This document shows positions 31,261-41,040 of a stretch of 46,450 nucleotides of DNA, in pieces. Position numbers and translations under genes: made by a program. Within the stretch, counting starts at the first letter, position 1. Each line of letters opens with the position of its first letter. The notes under the pieces were generated by a model. It saw nothing but the letters and a program-made list of their open reading frames with translations. It did not search any database and was not told where the DNA came from. The stretch covers positions 1 to 46,450 of IMG/VR virus record IMGVR_UViG_3300028831_000022; one strand, given 5' to 3'. Source of the stretch: a virus.

Positions 31261-33081
31261 TTAGACCACGCTCACTGTGACGAGGCGTACAAGGATGGTC
31301 CCATTGAAGAAGCTGTCTTCGGCATTCCAGTCGGAGGGCTGCACTTCCACTTCTGAGACATAGACGTTCCAGGCTACAGCACCCTCTTGGTAGACCTGTA
31401 GTCCCTTGGTATCAGCCATGTTCTTCAGGGCCAGGTAGTGGTCGAGAGTGTTCATCCTGACATCGAGGCCCTCACCCTGGTCCGTCCTCACCACGTCATG
31501 GACGATGAGCGGGACGATAATCTCATCACTGAGGACAGGAGTGACCCGGCTGTAGAGAGTCCACCGGTTGAGTACCGGTCCCAGGACCGTGGCCCTATTC
31601 AGGGTGATGACTACCTGAAGTGCCTCGGTTCCCTGCACCGTCATAGACAGTGGGGAAGCGGGAGACAGAGAGGTCGGTACGATGGACGAGCCGATGGAGA
31701 TGGTCTGGTCTTCCTCGGTAATGACACTGGCCGCAATGCTAGCCCCGGCCGGGAGCGGATCATGTCTCAGGTCGAGGGAGGTGGCGGCCTTCTTCTCAGT
31801 AGTGCCATATCTAATCTTTCCAGTATTGATTGTCCCACTGGGGACAAGAGATGCTGTCTCTCCAAAGAACCCAGCGCCGCTGACGGCAAAGTATCTTCGC
31901 CCACCGAACGATGCAATTGAGAGTACAGTTCCTTGCGCTGTAGCCATGATGTCAGATGCGTAAGCAGGAACAAGATCCGATACGAGACTACTAAGGTCAG
32001 CCCTACCAAGACCAGTAGAGACACCATCATAGTTACTCCAAGCAAACCAGACATACTCTCCCTGCCCCTCAGTAGCTCTTACTCCACTGGGGATTTCGAT
32101 GACTGGCCCAAATTGGATGGTGTTGTTCTGTCCAATACCAGCAAGGCGAATGCCTCGGCTAGTTGCAAGTAGTAGTATTCCCGAATAATGTTCAATGCTA
32201 TTAAGGGTTTCTCCGTCTGGAAGCGATGCAGCAAATACTGGTGGAGCCAATGCTCCCGTAGCGTCAAGGGCCGTGACTGAATAGATATCTGTTCTGTCTG
32301 CACTGATGCCTCCCACGTAGGCTGCATTGGGTGCAGCAGCGAAAACATTCCAAACAAAGTTTGGGTTAGGATGATTCCAGATGCTGATTGCTAGACCAGC
32401 CCTGGATATCTCGTAAAGCTGATTGCCGTTGGCTGCTATCAGGCGCCCATTCACGTAGCCAACCAGCGTATACGTTCCTGCAATCAGGGTTATCGCAGAG
32501 GTACTGCCAGCCACAGTCTCCCTGATGCCAGTGGTACCAACCGTCGCCCATACCTTAGCTCCATCAGTGGTTACTGAGGTGATGGTGCTTCCCCCAGCAG
32601 TGCTGTCAGTGAACGTTGGAGATGCTGGCGTAGGGTCTGAAGTGAAGAGCAGAGATGATCCATCTGCAACATACAATCTTGTACCGACGAGAAGCACTCG
32701 TAGATTAGTATTTGCGCTTGCTCGCTTGAGTTCGGTTCCGTTGAGAAGGCTGAGGTGCTTTCTTCTCCAGGGGTTGACGCCTTTGCTCGTCCAGAACCTT
32801 TGCCTAACGGAGTCGGCGTCATCGAAATACTCCTGGCCTGCACCTAGGTGGAATGACTGCTGACTCCTACGCCATAGTCCCTCTTGGTTCAGGCTCTGTT
32901 CCCCAGGTTCATTGCTGTTGTCCTGAGGTGGCCTGATAGGAGGAATGGTTCTACGCTGGTACTTCTTCAGGTCAATGAGATAGGACCTGGCCCCGATAGA
33001 GACAGGCAGATAATAGGGAGTATCAACCGCTACCTGACCACCCTCGTAGAATGGGGTGAAGAAGGTAGAAGAGATACCCAC
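31261..33081 (-). CDS. 606-aa tail structural protein (putative)
   Basis: Large beta-rich ORF tightly packed within the fibre/tail block. Confidence 0.6.
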   Translation of the reverse strand: MGISSTFFTPFYEGGQVAVDTPYYLPVSIGARSYLIDLKKYQRRTIPPIRPPQDNSNEPGEQSLNQEGLWRRSQQSFHLGAGQEYFDDADSVRQRFWTSKGVNPWRRKHLSLLNGTELKRASANTNLRVLLVGTRLYVADGSSLLFTSDPTPASPTFTDSTAGGSTITSVTTDGAKVWATVGTTGIRETVAGSTSAITLIAGTYTLVGYVNGRLIAANGNQLYEISRAGLAISIWNHPNPNFVWNVFAAAPNAAYVGGISADRTDIYSVTALDATGALAPPVFAASLPDGETLNSIEHYSGILLLATSRGIRLAGIGQNNTIQFGPVIEIPSGVRATEGQGEYVWFAWSNYDGVSTGLGRADLSSLVSDLVPAYASDIMATAQGTVLSIASFGGRRYFAVSGAGFFGETASLVPSGTINTGKIRYGTTEKKAATSLDLRHDPLPAGASIAASVITEEDQTISIGSSIVPTSLSPASPLSMTVQGTEALQVVITLNRATVLGPVLNRWTLYSRVTPVLSDEIIVPLIVHDVVRTDQGEGLDVRMNTLDHYLALKNMADTKGLQVYQEGAVAWNVYVSEVEVQPSDWNAEDSFFNGTILVRLVTVSVV

Positions 33082-34005
33082 CTATGCCACGCCTCTCAGC
33101 GGGTAAGTCTGCAATAGAGTCCAGCGTTCCTCTTCGATACGGTCATCCCTCAGCTTCTTGAGTTGGGCACCGACACTGGCAATGTGACCAGCCGGTACTT
33201 CCTCGCTACGTCTGGGTTCAGGCTGGGCCACCATACTGGTACGGGCAATCTCCTTGGTAGCCATGAGCCGCCAGGCTGCACCGATAGGTGGGATGTCGAT
33301 CATGGAACTTCTAAGTCCGATGCTCTCCACCACCGTGTTGTCATCCCAGACCGAGACATCGAACTTCTGAGCCAGTGTCACTCTCATCGAACCGGTGTTG
33401 GGATACTCACCTAGTAGCTCGATGGCTGCACCGGACGGGAAGTCCACAGTGTCCTGATCAGTCAGGAGATGCCAACGGAGAACGTTGGAGTGGGTGGTTC
33501 TGCCGATGTAGGGGCTGAACCTGACACTGAGCACAGCCAGGAAATCAGAGATACCCAGGTCATATGATCTGGTGGTGACAGACAATGCAATATTGGTTGA
33601 GGTCACCTTGAAGAGACGGGAACCCCACGAATCTATTTCTCTCCGTAGCGCATCCTTGATATAAATCCTCGGGAACCTGGGATTGACCTCAACATAGACA
33701 TCCTGTGCGTGCTCGACAGCCTCTGTTCCCATATAGCCACGCATAACCGTGACCTGCTTCGAGGCTGGAGCGGCGCTGATCACATACATCAGTTCATTCT
33801 CGACTGAGAGTAGAGCGCCCCGAACGATGTCGTTCAGGTCAAGCTCCATCGTGATCACGTCCTGCTCACTGTTGATACCACCAGCCGGAAGACGGTTGAT
33901 TGACTGTCTCCCTGATCCATAGAGCAAACGCTTCGTCTCTTCGATCAAGTCTGAGACAGTAGTACCCTCACCTCCCGGTGAGGTGGGCGGGCCTACAACA
34001 GGCAT
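33082..34005 (-). CDS. 307-aa tail structural protein (putative)
   Basis: Position only; abuts the neighbouring genes. Confidence 0.55.
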   Translation of the reverse strand: MPVVGPPTSPGGEGTTVSDLIEETKRLLYGSGRQSINRLPAGGINSEQDVITMELDLNDIVRGALLSVENELMYVISAAPASKQVTVMRGYMGTEAVEHAQDVYVEVNPRFPRIYIKDALRREIDSWGSRLFKVTSTNIALSVTTRSYDLGISDFLAVLSVRFSPYIGRTTHSNVLRWHLLTDQDTVDFPSGAAIELLGEYPNTGSMRVTLAQKFDVSVWDDNTVVESIGLRSSMIDIPPIGAAWRLMATKEIARTSMVAQPEPRRSEEVPAGHIASVGAQLKKLRDDRIEEERWTLLQTYPLRGVA

Positions 34006-34008
34006 AGC

Positions 34009-34305
34009 TCAGCCCCCTGTCCTGACATCTTGCCAGTCATAACCTGTCCACCTATTGAAGTCTGCCCGGACCCAAGCACTTCCTGTCCAGCGATAGAGTG
34101 GGTGTTCTTCCCAGGCACTACCTGTCCAGCGGTAGAGAACGGGTGTACCTCGGGAGACTGTAAGGACTTCAACAGATAAGGTACTCAGTCGAGCCTTGGT
34201 CGATCGCTGGACCAAGACTTCAGTATCAACGGTACTGACACGAGCCTTGCTGGCACTCTGACCCAGAACCTCAGTATCAAGCCTACTGATACGAGCAGTA
34301 GTCAT
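34009..34305 (-). CDS. 98-aa internally repeated protein (AR.S..DTEVL x3; RWTGSAW x3)
   Basis: The repeats are read directly in the translation. Confidence 0.65.
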   Translation of the reverse strand: MTTARISRLDTEVLGQSASKARVSTVDTEVLVQRSTKARLSTLSVEVLTVSRGTPVLYRWTGSAWEEHPLYRWTGSAWVRADFNRWTGYDWQDVRTGG

Positions 34306-35366
34306 CGAGCTTCGACTCCGAACTCAGCACCATTGACCTCAGTGTATGTCCAGGCTGCTGATGTAGCTGGTGAGACTTCCATCAACCGACTGGACAAGGT
34401 ATAGCTGCCAAAGGATGGCGCATCATCTGTAGCACTGGGATAATCAGTTCCACCTATTCGTGCTGTCTGACGCATAAGCTGGGCACCGGCATCTGACTTC
34501 GACATATAAGCCCTGGTTGCCACACCCTTGACATTAGGAGCACCGGTCAGATCAGCAAAGGCGTAGGTGTCCTTGTTTGTTGCTGTACCACTCTCGACAT
34601 AGTCAGTAGTGTTGGGCGGGTTCTCATCCACCAACAGATAGTTGTTGGTTGAGTCTGCGTCTGAACCTACCCATTGAGAGTAGTTGCCATTACCGCTGGG
34701 ATACAAGGTCTGAATAGTGCAGTCTCCCAAGAAGTCATTGTTGACAGAGCCAGCACCATTGAGGGCATAGAAGTCATCGTAACTGTTGCCGCTAACAGTG
34801 TCGGCATTACCGCTTGTGCCTCGGATCTTGAAGCTGTCGAAGACAGTCTTCGTACCACCATTCTTCGTATCAAGACCAGTACCACTGAGGATAGTGACAC
34901 CATTCTTCCGAAGAGTAAACGATCCAGTGGAGTCGTGGAGCGTAACCTTCAGTTCGAGATACATCCAAGTGTTCCAGTTCCAGGTGCCAGCCGGGGTCAG
35001 ACCTAGCTGAGTTCCATTACCCTGATACACATAGAGCTGTCCGAGAGTGTTCATGCCAAGGTACACATGCAACGTCGCTGCCGAATCAGAGCGCAATTCC
35101 AAGATACGATCGTTGTTGAAAGCGCCCGGAGAGCGAGGATACACAGCGAAACCAATCACAAACGTGGCATGTTCAAAAGCTGCTGGAACTACATACTGAC
35201 AATAAGCATCGTCACGAGAGAGATGCATCCCATTACCTGTCCGGGCAGTAGCAGTTTGGCCCGGGTAAAGGTTGCTCGTAGTCCACTTGAGCCCAGCCAG
35301 GTTGTCATCGAAGCCATCAATGAAGATGAGGCTCACGCTCGCATACCCTTCCTTGCATGAGTCCAT
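34302..35366 (-). CDS. 354-aa ConA/LamG-like beta-sandwich structural protein (putative)
   Basis: Beta-rich, Trp/Asn/Gly/Thr-rich composition. Fold assignment is tentative. Confidence 0.6.
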   Translation of the reverse strand: MDSCKEGYASVSLIFIDGFDDNLAGLKWTTSNLYPGQTATARTGNGMHLSRDDAYCQYVVPAAFEHATFVIGFAVYPRSPGAFNNDRILELRSDSAATLHVYLGMNTLGQLYVYQGNGTQLGLTPAGTWNWNTWMYLELKVTLHDSTGSFTLRKNGVTILSGTGLDTKNGGTKTVFDSFKIRGTSGNADTVSGNSYDDFYALNGAGSVNNDFLGDCTIQTLYPSGNGNYSQWVGSDADSTNNYLLVDENPPNTTDYVESGTATNKDTYAFADLTGAPNVKGVATRAYMSKSDAGAQLMRQTARIGGTDYPSATDDAPSFGSYTLSSRLMEVSPATSAAWTYTEVNGAEFGVEAR

Positions 35367-35379
35367 ATGTGCGGGGTCA

Positions 35380-36621
35380 TCAGTCGCTCACTCGTCGAAT
35401 CCACGCCCGGTATGAGTAGGCGACAGCCGTAGAACCCCAGACGGTGATCGAACTGCCGCCATAACCGTTATAGGCAGCGAAGTAGACCTTGTCACCTACA
35501 GCAAGGTCTAGCTCCATCGTGGCATCCATATTGTGATTGGCACCAGCCGCCGCCTTCGATACCCGCATCTTCTCCGTACCGGGAGCAGCACCTATCGTTG
35601 AGCTAGCACCAATAGAAAGGTACTTGTCCCCAAGTGTGCTCGCCCACTCGATCTGCACATGAATGATATATCGACCAGCCGTATTGATTGTGAACCTATC
35701 ACCAGAAGCAGTCGTGAAACAGTTGTCAGTATCTCTAACCTCAGTATCGAAGCTCAGATATGTCCATGCTGTAGCACTCAGATTATGGTCTGCTGCTCGC
35801 CTTGCTTCGGCTCCAAGAAAGGCAACAGAAGCAGCGGCAGGTGCAGCATCAGTGTCGATCCATAGATCATTGGTAGCAGGAGAAGAAGGGGCAGTATCCT
35901 GCTGAGCAATAGTGGAGCCGCCACCTGATACCGGTTGCCACGAGCGGTCATCCCTCAGATACTTAGACCCCGTTGGTGTACCAGTAGCAAAGTTGCTGTT
36001 GGTGACAAGCTCCGCTGTATCGGTGATGCCGTGGACAGCGGTACTGTCGGCTGCATGGGCAGCATCAGCAGCAGCCAGATCAGTATCAGCCGTAGCCAGG
36101 CCAGCCAGGTCAGTTAGCAGACCAGTAACATCAGACTCAGCATGGTCATGAGGACCAGCCTCACTAGCGACAACCGCTGTTGTCCAGCCAGTAGGTGAGG
36201 ATGACGAGACAACCAGAGCTTCACCATCAGCAGCACCGGTAGGATCAAAGGAAGCTGGACTCTCCGGGCCTGAGGCAATGAGAATGCTACCCTTGTCATT
36301 GAGTACCGACCGGGCGATGACCTCACTACCCGATGCTCTGCTCTCAATGTCAGCCGGGTCTGCCTCGATGGAGACATTCTGGATCGTGACTCCATTGATG
36401 AGCAGATCGTAGTAACCAGGCTCAGCATAGAATGAGCAGTTGCCCCTGGCATCAGTAGCTGTTGGGTTGGGGATGGAGTTGTCCTTGCCCCTGTCCTCAT
36501 AGAGCGTAGCCAGTGTGGTTGTGCCAGCTTGATAGACAGTGACAGTGGTATTGCGAAGAGGCTGTCCGTAAGGATCAACGAATGCTTCTGGGGAATAACG
36601 GCCAGCATAGGTAAAAGCCAT
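35380..36621 (-). CDS. 413-aa tail fibre-like protein
   Basis: HDHAESDVTGLLTDLAGL and AVHGITDTAEL fibre-repeat-like motifs. Confidence 0.65.
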   Translation of the reverse strand: MAFTYAGRYSPEAFVDPYGQPLRNTTVTVYQAGTTTLATLYEDRGKDNSIPNPTATDARGNCSFYAEPGYYDLLINGVTIQNVSIEADPADIESRASGSEVIARSVLNDKGSILIASGPESPASFDPTGAADGEALVVSSSSPTGWTTAVVASEAGPHDHAESDVTGLLTDLAGLATADTDLAAADAAHAADSTAVHGITDTAELVTNSNFATGTPTGSKYLRDDRSWQPVSGGGSTIAQQDTAPSSPATNDLWIDTDAAPAAASVAFLGAEARRAADHNLSATAWTYLSFDTEVRDTDNCFTTASGDRFTINTAGRYIIHVQIEWASTLGDKYLSIGASSTIGAAPGTEKMRVSKAAAGANHNMDATMELDLAVGDKVYFAAYNGYGGSSITVWGSTAVAYSYRAWIRRVSD

Positions 36622-37937
36622 CAGGCCACCTTCAACCAGAATCCTGCGACACCACCAATAGGAATAACCATAGAAGGTGTGGTACCACCACGAGCACAGG
36701 TCAGTTGCACAGTACCGGCTGTGCCCGCAGTCTCTATCACACCCCGGATCTCTGCGCCTGAGTTGGCAATCTGAGCTTGAGCAGCAAAGGTACCGAAGGC
36801 TGTGATGATCCCGGTGAACTCCACCGATGTGGAACTGTCCTGCTCCAGGGTGATTGCCACTGTGGCACCGGCTGGTCCTGTCACGCCATAAGCTGTAGTA
36901 GGGCTGGTACCTGTTGAGGTCGTGACGTTGACATACATCACGAAGTAATACTTGGAGTTGGCTGCCACATTGAAGCTGGCATCGGTGATGGCTGTCTGAG
37001 CCGTGGCAGTCAGTGTCTGAGCGCCGGTCTTCCTGATCACCCCACCCGTAGCCATCGTGGCATGACCGGCAGTGACGTGGGCAGCCAGGTCGGCATCAGT
37101 GGCATAGCCGGTGTGCGGATCGCTGGCAGCGGCATGTGTATTGATAGCCGACGTGACTTCAGCATCCCTGGCTATGGCAGCAGGAATGTCGGCATCGACC
37201 AGGGCTGTAGCTATCTGCCGGTAGCGGCTGTCTCCCTCAGTCTGGGTGAGGTACGTAGGGTGAGGATCAGCCGCTGCCTCATGAGTAGCTATGGCTGAGG
37301 TGACTTCACTGTCCCTGGCAATGGTAGCCGGGATGTCAGCGTCAAGTATAGTATGGGTGTGACCGGTCTGAGCATACTGGGTATGAGGATTACCAGTGGT
37401 CAGGTTGGTCAGGGCAGCATGGTCCGTGGTACCGGGAGGACCGGTCGGTCCAGTAGGACCAGTGTTACCCGTATCACCCTTGACTCCTTGAGGACCCTGA
37501 GGACCAGTAAGCCCAGTATCACCCTTGACTCCCTGAGGACCAGTCAGTCCTTGTGGTCCCTGTGATCCGGTGTCTCCGGTATCACCCTTGGGTCCTTGTG
37601 GTCCCGTTGGCCCTGCTGGTCCCTGAGGACCAGCCGGTCCTGTGCTGCCTGGTGAGCCTGACGGACCAGCCGGTCCCGGATCGCCCTGCGGCCCTGGAGG
37701 ACCCTCCGGTCCTTCTGGCCCTTCTGGTCCCTCCGGTCCAGTGTCACCTTCCGGCCCGGTCAGACTCAGCCATTCGGCGCCGTTCCAGAGGAACACCTCT
37801 CCAGTGGCTGGCCTGATCCACTCGTCACCGGCCCGCTGCGGAGCCGGTTCCTGATTCTGGACGTAGGTGGTGATAGGGGTACCACCACTTGTCCCTCCAC
37901 CACTACCAGCCAGTGTGGCTCTGGAGATAGGACTCAT
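36621..37937 (-). CDS. Collagen-like tail fibre protein (438 aa)
   Basis: About 37 G-X-Y triplets, followed by a duplicated DADIPAxIARDxEVTSAIxTHxAAxDPH unit. Confidence 0.85.
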   Translation of the reverse strand: MSPISRATLAGSGGGTSGGTPITTYVQNQEPAPQRAGDEWIRPATGEVFLWNGAEWLSLTGPEGDTGPEGPEGPEGPEGPPGPQGDPGPAGPSGSPGSTGPAGPQGPAGPTGPQGPKGDTGDTGSQGPQGLTGPQGVKGDTGLTGPQGPQGVKGDTGNTGPTGPTGPPGTTDHAALTNLTTGNPHTQYAQTGHTHTILDADIPATIARDSEVTSAIATHEAAADPHPTYLTQTEGDSRYRQIATALVDADIPAAIARDAEVTSAINTHAAASDPHTGYATDADLAAHVTAGHATMATGGVIRKTGAQTLTATAQTAITDASFNVAANSKYYFVMYVNVTTSTGTSPTTAYGVTGPAGATVAITLEQDSSTSVEFTGIITAFGTFAAQAQIANSGAEIRGVIETAGTAGTVQLTCARGGTTPSMVIPIGGVAGFWLKVA

Positions 37938-38671
37938 GGGTGGAACTCCGTAATCATGATCCGGCCCTGAGTACCATCGAAGACACCAGAGGTAGGTCCC
38001 CGGTAGCGGGGAGGACTGGACTCGTAGTAGTCTCCTGGTCCCAGTCGCACTGTGTAATCATTGAGAGTGGGATTGAGGCCGAACTTCAGATAGAAGTAGG
38101 CATTGCCTACGCCAGGCTCGTTGAAGACAGTGAGGGCTACTCTGGTCAGAGCATCACCAATGACGAACGGCGTGGTTGTGGCATTGACTGCGGTGACAGT
38201 AGTTGTGGTAGCGGGCTGCTCGGTGATAGGTAGGGCACCGTCTATCCACTGAGCCATGGCCCCGTCGTTACGCTGGAGCTTCATGGATGACGGAGAGCCA
38301 GCCATAATTCTGGCTGGCTGCCTATCCTCTGATTGCTTGGTCTTGACGATTTCCTTGATCTGATCAAGGATGTTCTGCTGAGCAGACTGGGACTCCTGAA
38401 TAACCTTATACAATTCCTGGGGAAGTGTAGAAGGTTGAGGGATCTTGACTGGTGGTACGTTGACTACTGGAGCAGGTAGCTCAAGCAGAAAACCTTGTAG
38501 AGCAAGGACAGCCTCTGTCAGTCCCTGATTCTGGGCAAGCAACTCTGACAGTCTCTGGACAGTCAACTCCATCTTAGCCAGGGCCTGAGTAGGCCGGTCA
38601 TCGACTTGAGATAGACGTTCCAGTATCTGCTTTAGTAGAGCGTGCTCGCTCTGAACAGGGACGATTGGCAC
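37934..38671 (-). CDS. 245-aa structural-module protein; function unknown
   Basis: ORF track; ATGA coupling to the downstream gene. Confidence 0.6.
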   Translation of the reverse strand: MPIVPVQSEHALLKQILERLSQVDDRPTQALAKMELTVQRLSELLAQNQGLTEAVLALQGFLLELPAPVVNVPPVKIPQPSTLPQELYKVIQESQSAQQNILDQIKEIVKTKQSEDRQPARIMAGSPSSMKLQRNDGAMAQWIDGALPITEQPATTTTVTAVNATTTPFVIGDALTRVALTVFNEPGVGNAYFYLKFGLNPTLNDYTVRLGPGDYYESSPPRYRGPTSGVFDGTQGRIMITEFHP

Positions 38672-38673
38672 TG

Positions 38674-39012
38674 TTAGATATCCCTGGCTACAAACCAGTG
38701 ACCGTTGACGTAGACAAGCCAGTCACCGGCATTGCCCGGAACACCATTGGCATCGAAGCCGGTGTTCATCTGGATAGCCTGAGCCTTGACGCTCTTCTCC
38801 TTGAAGCCGTCACCGGGGACATTGGTAGCGTCGGTGACACTAACGTAGTTGTCAGCATCGACATGGGCTGCACCAGCGGTAGGAGTAAGGAAGATGGAAC
38901 GAGGGAAATTAGGGTTCGTCTCGGGGCTAGCCAGGTCCTTAACTCGTACTGAGAAGTCCTTTGAGTCGGGAACATCAGGACCAGCAGAAGCGGCGGTCTT
39001 GCTCTCAGCCAT
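38674..39012 (-). CDS. 112-aa structural-module protein; function unknown
   Basis: The internal ATG at 39012 has GGAGGA 3 nt upstream. The longer track ORF would overlap the glycosyltransferase by 89 nt. Confidence 0.55.
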   Translation of the reverse strand: MAESKTAASAGPDVPDSKDFSVRVKDLASPETNPNFPRSIFLTPTAGAAHVDADNYVSVTDATNVPGDGFKEKSVKAQAIQMNTGFDANGVPGNAGDWLVYVNGHWFVARDI

Positions 39013-39694
39013 TGTTCCTCCGATAGCGTAGGTAGAATTCTTCATTGTAGTCCTGGGTCTTCTGGTGACCCAGCTTGATTCCGGTGTGGACATAGAGTGG
39101 GATCTTCATCTGCCTGAGCCTCATGCAGAAGGTCCAGTCTTCACCATACTCGTGTCCTGCATGAACAGTCTCTGAGAACCAAGGATGGGGATTCCTATGA
39201 CCGTCAGGCATGGTGCCATACTTATCGTGCATCTGTGTGAGAACGTCCCTGTGGATGAAGAGGCACGCAGCACCCGTAGCATCCACCTTACACAGAGCAT
39301 TGTGCGGGTAGTTTTCGATGACCTCGACAAGCTTGCCACTAGCCTTGGCTGGATCAGGGAGGCGATACAACGTTGGGAAGGGGACACCTACTCTGCCCCC
39401 GCCAAAGCACAGACCACCGACTACAGGGCGGATCTTCTCGTGAGCCGCCTCCAAGAACTTCTGGCAAATATCGGAGTCAAAGCTCATGTCAGCGTCGAGC
39501 ATCAGTAGCCATTCAGGCTTCTGCTTCATATCGAGGAATGCCCTGACAACATTGCACCTGGCAGTGGATATCCCTGGTCCTGAGACAAGAGAGATGTGAC
39601 CACTGATCCTGGACTCTGACCTCATCAGATCAAGGAGAGAAGTCAGGAACGGGGTAGCTACCTGGCCTGGTGAGATGAAGCCCACAACAATCAT
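39005..39694 (-). CDS. GT-A fold glycosyltransferase (family-2-like)
   Basis: LLMLDADMSF (DxD motif), ATGAACLFIHRDV, YGEDWTFCMRLRQ. Confidence 0.75.
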   Translation of the reverse strand: MIVVGFISPGQVATPFLTSLLDLMRSESRISGHISLVSGPGISTARCNVVRAFLDMKQKPEWLLMLDADMSFDSDICQKFLEAAHEKIRPVVGGLCFGGGRVGVPFPTLYRLPDPAKASGKLVEVIENYPHNALCKVDATGAACLFIHRDVLTQMHDKYGTMPDGHRNPHPWFSETVHAGHEYGEDWTFCMRLRQMKIPLYVHTGIKLGHQKTQDYNEEFYLRYRRNNG

Positions 39695-40119
39695 CAGCTA
39701 CTGATCCTGAACATTTCTAGTGTCCCGACGAAGTTGCGAGTGCCATTGTTCCAACTTTGGTAAACCATATACATCACGTAGTCACCAACGTTCAGAGTCA
39801 TCTCTGCGGTAATCGACCCTAAGTTATCCTGATGACCATGAGGACGCCGAATCTCTCGCAACAAGACATCAGAGCTGTTGTAAACACTGTACTGAATCAA
39901 AGCACGTTCTTCAGGAGCGCCGCCATCCAACGATGCCAAGCTACTTAGTACAAACTTTCCTGCCTTGGAGGCTGGAACAGTGAGAACCTTCGTAGGTGCT
40001 CCGGGAGCAAAATACCCACCAGCATCAGAGTCTTCTGTATCCCAAGATATGTAGGAGACTGCGTTCCTAGCAATACCCTGATTGGCTACTCTCCTGATCT
40101 TCAGATAGTCGTTAGCCAC
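39694..40119 (-). CDS. Jelly-roll (C1q/TNF-like?) paralogue 3, 141 aa
   Basis: Shares Y(W/F)..G.P....TVP..K.G...........Y.VYNSS.......R.P.........GDY...... with the two upstream genes. Confidence 0.65.
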   Translation of the reverse strand: MANDYLKIRRVANQGIARNAVSYISWDTEDSDAGGYFAPGAPTKVLTVPASKAGKFVLSSLASLDGGAPEERALIQYSVYNSSDVLLREIRRPHGHQDNLGSITAEMTLNVGDYVMYMVYQSWNNGTRNFVGTLEMFRISS

Positions 40120-40537
40120 TGGGCAGCCTTACTACTTCAAGTTGAGCAAAGTTGATGGTTCTGGCATTAGAAGCAAAATAGATAGCACAGGTGATGTAGT
40201 CTCCATCACTCAGCTTAGTGAAGGCTGACACCGACATGAGCGCATCATCCCGACCCATCGGACCCCGGTAATGCTTCTGCGCCACGTTGGAACTGTTGTA
40301 AACCTGAAGGTAGGCAAAGCATCGGTAGCCTGTTCCAGCCGTGGCAGTGATGACAAACGTGATGTAGTGGTAACCGTTCTTGCCAGTAGGTACGGTTATC
40401 CTAGTAGGGGCACCACTTGACCAGTAATCAGAAGCATCGAGAGTTTCTGCATTCCAAGGGACAACATAGCCAGCGTCAGGTCCTACAGACTGTGATCCAG
40501 TCCAGTTAAGAATTACCTGATCGCTGACTGTGCTCAT
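40112..40537 (-). CDS. Jelly-roll paralogue 2, 141 aa
   Basis: As above; ATGA coupling. Confidence 0.65.
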   Translation of the reverse strand: MSTVSDQVILNWTGSQSVGPDAGYVVPWNAETLDASDYWSSGAPTRITVPTGKNGYHYITFVITATAGTGYRCFAYLQVYNSSNVAQKHYRGPMGRDDALMSVSAFTKLSDGDYITCAIYFASNARTINFAQLEVVRLPSG

Positions 40538-41019
40538 GCGATTCTTGCCATCTCGAAACTAGCTGAGGTCAGGTTCCCACTTCTCGGCTGATAGACAACT
40601 ACCTTGATGTAGTCACCATCATTCAGCCGAGTCATGATCGTGTTGTGACCTGTATCCTCACCGTTGAACCCACCGGGACTGCGATAGGTACGGAGTGCAT
40701 TGTTCCCTGAGTCATAGACCTGAAAATCACCAAAGGACCTGTCAGTACCTCCATCGAATGCCCAGGTCAAAGTCATGAGGTGGTCACCAGCTTTACCAGC
40801 AGGCACAGTCAGCCTGTTCGGACTGCCGACCACCCAGTAATCTGATAGGTCTGCATCCTCAGCGTTGAAGTTCACGTCAATAGGGGCGTTATTGATGCTT
40901 AGGTTTGACGTGCGCCGTAGCGCCACATAGTCAGTGACACCTCCCGCACTGGCACCAGCACCGGCCCAGTTACCGCCGCTGGCTCCACGTTTACGAGTGG
41001 GCGCACCCGTACTACCCAA
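40534..41019 (-). CDS. Jelly-roll paralogue 1 with a Gly-rich N-terminal linker (~161 aa, TTG start)
   Basis: The TTG at 41019 lies 9 nt after GAGGGAG inside the 36-nt repeat. The track start (TTG 41037) is an alternative. Confidence 0.6.
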   Translation of the reverse strand: MGSTGAPTRKRGASGGNWAGAGASAGGVTDYVALRRTSNLSINNAPIDVNFNAEDADLSDYWVVGSPNRLTVPAGKAGDHLMTLTWAFDGGTDRSFGDFQVYDSGNNALRTYRSPGGFNGEDTGHNTIMTRLNDGDYIKVVVYQPRSGNLTSASFEMARIA

Positions 41020-41038
41020 CGTACAGAACTCCCTCAAT
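41003..41038 (-). repeat. 36-nt repeat, copy 2 (SD + TTG + conserved N-terminal codons)
   Basis: 32 of 36 positions are identical to 41708..41743. Confidence 0.85.
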
Positions 41039-41040
41039 CA

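Noticed and set aside
36621-37937. Periodic DNA repeats that might suggest a CRISPR array or satellite
   Set aside because: The 9-nt periodicity comes from G-X-Y collagen codons inside an intact ORF. There are no spacer-repeat units and no cas genes anywhere in the window.
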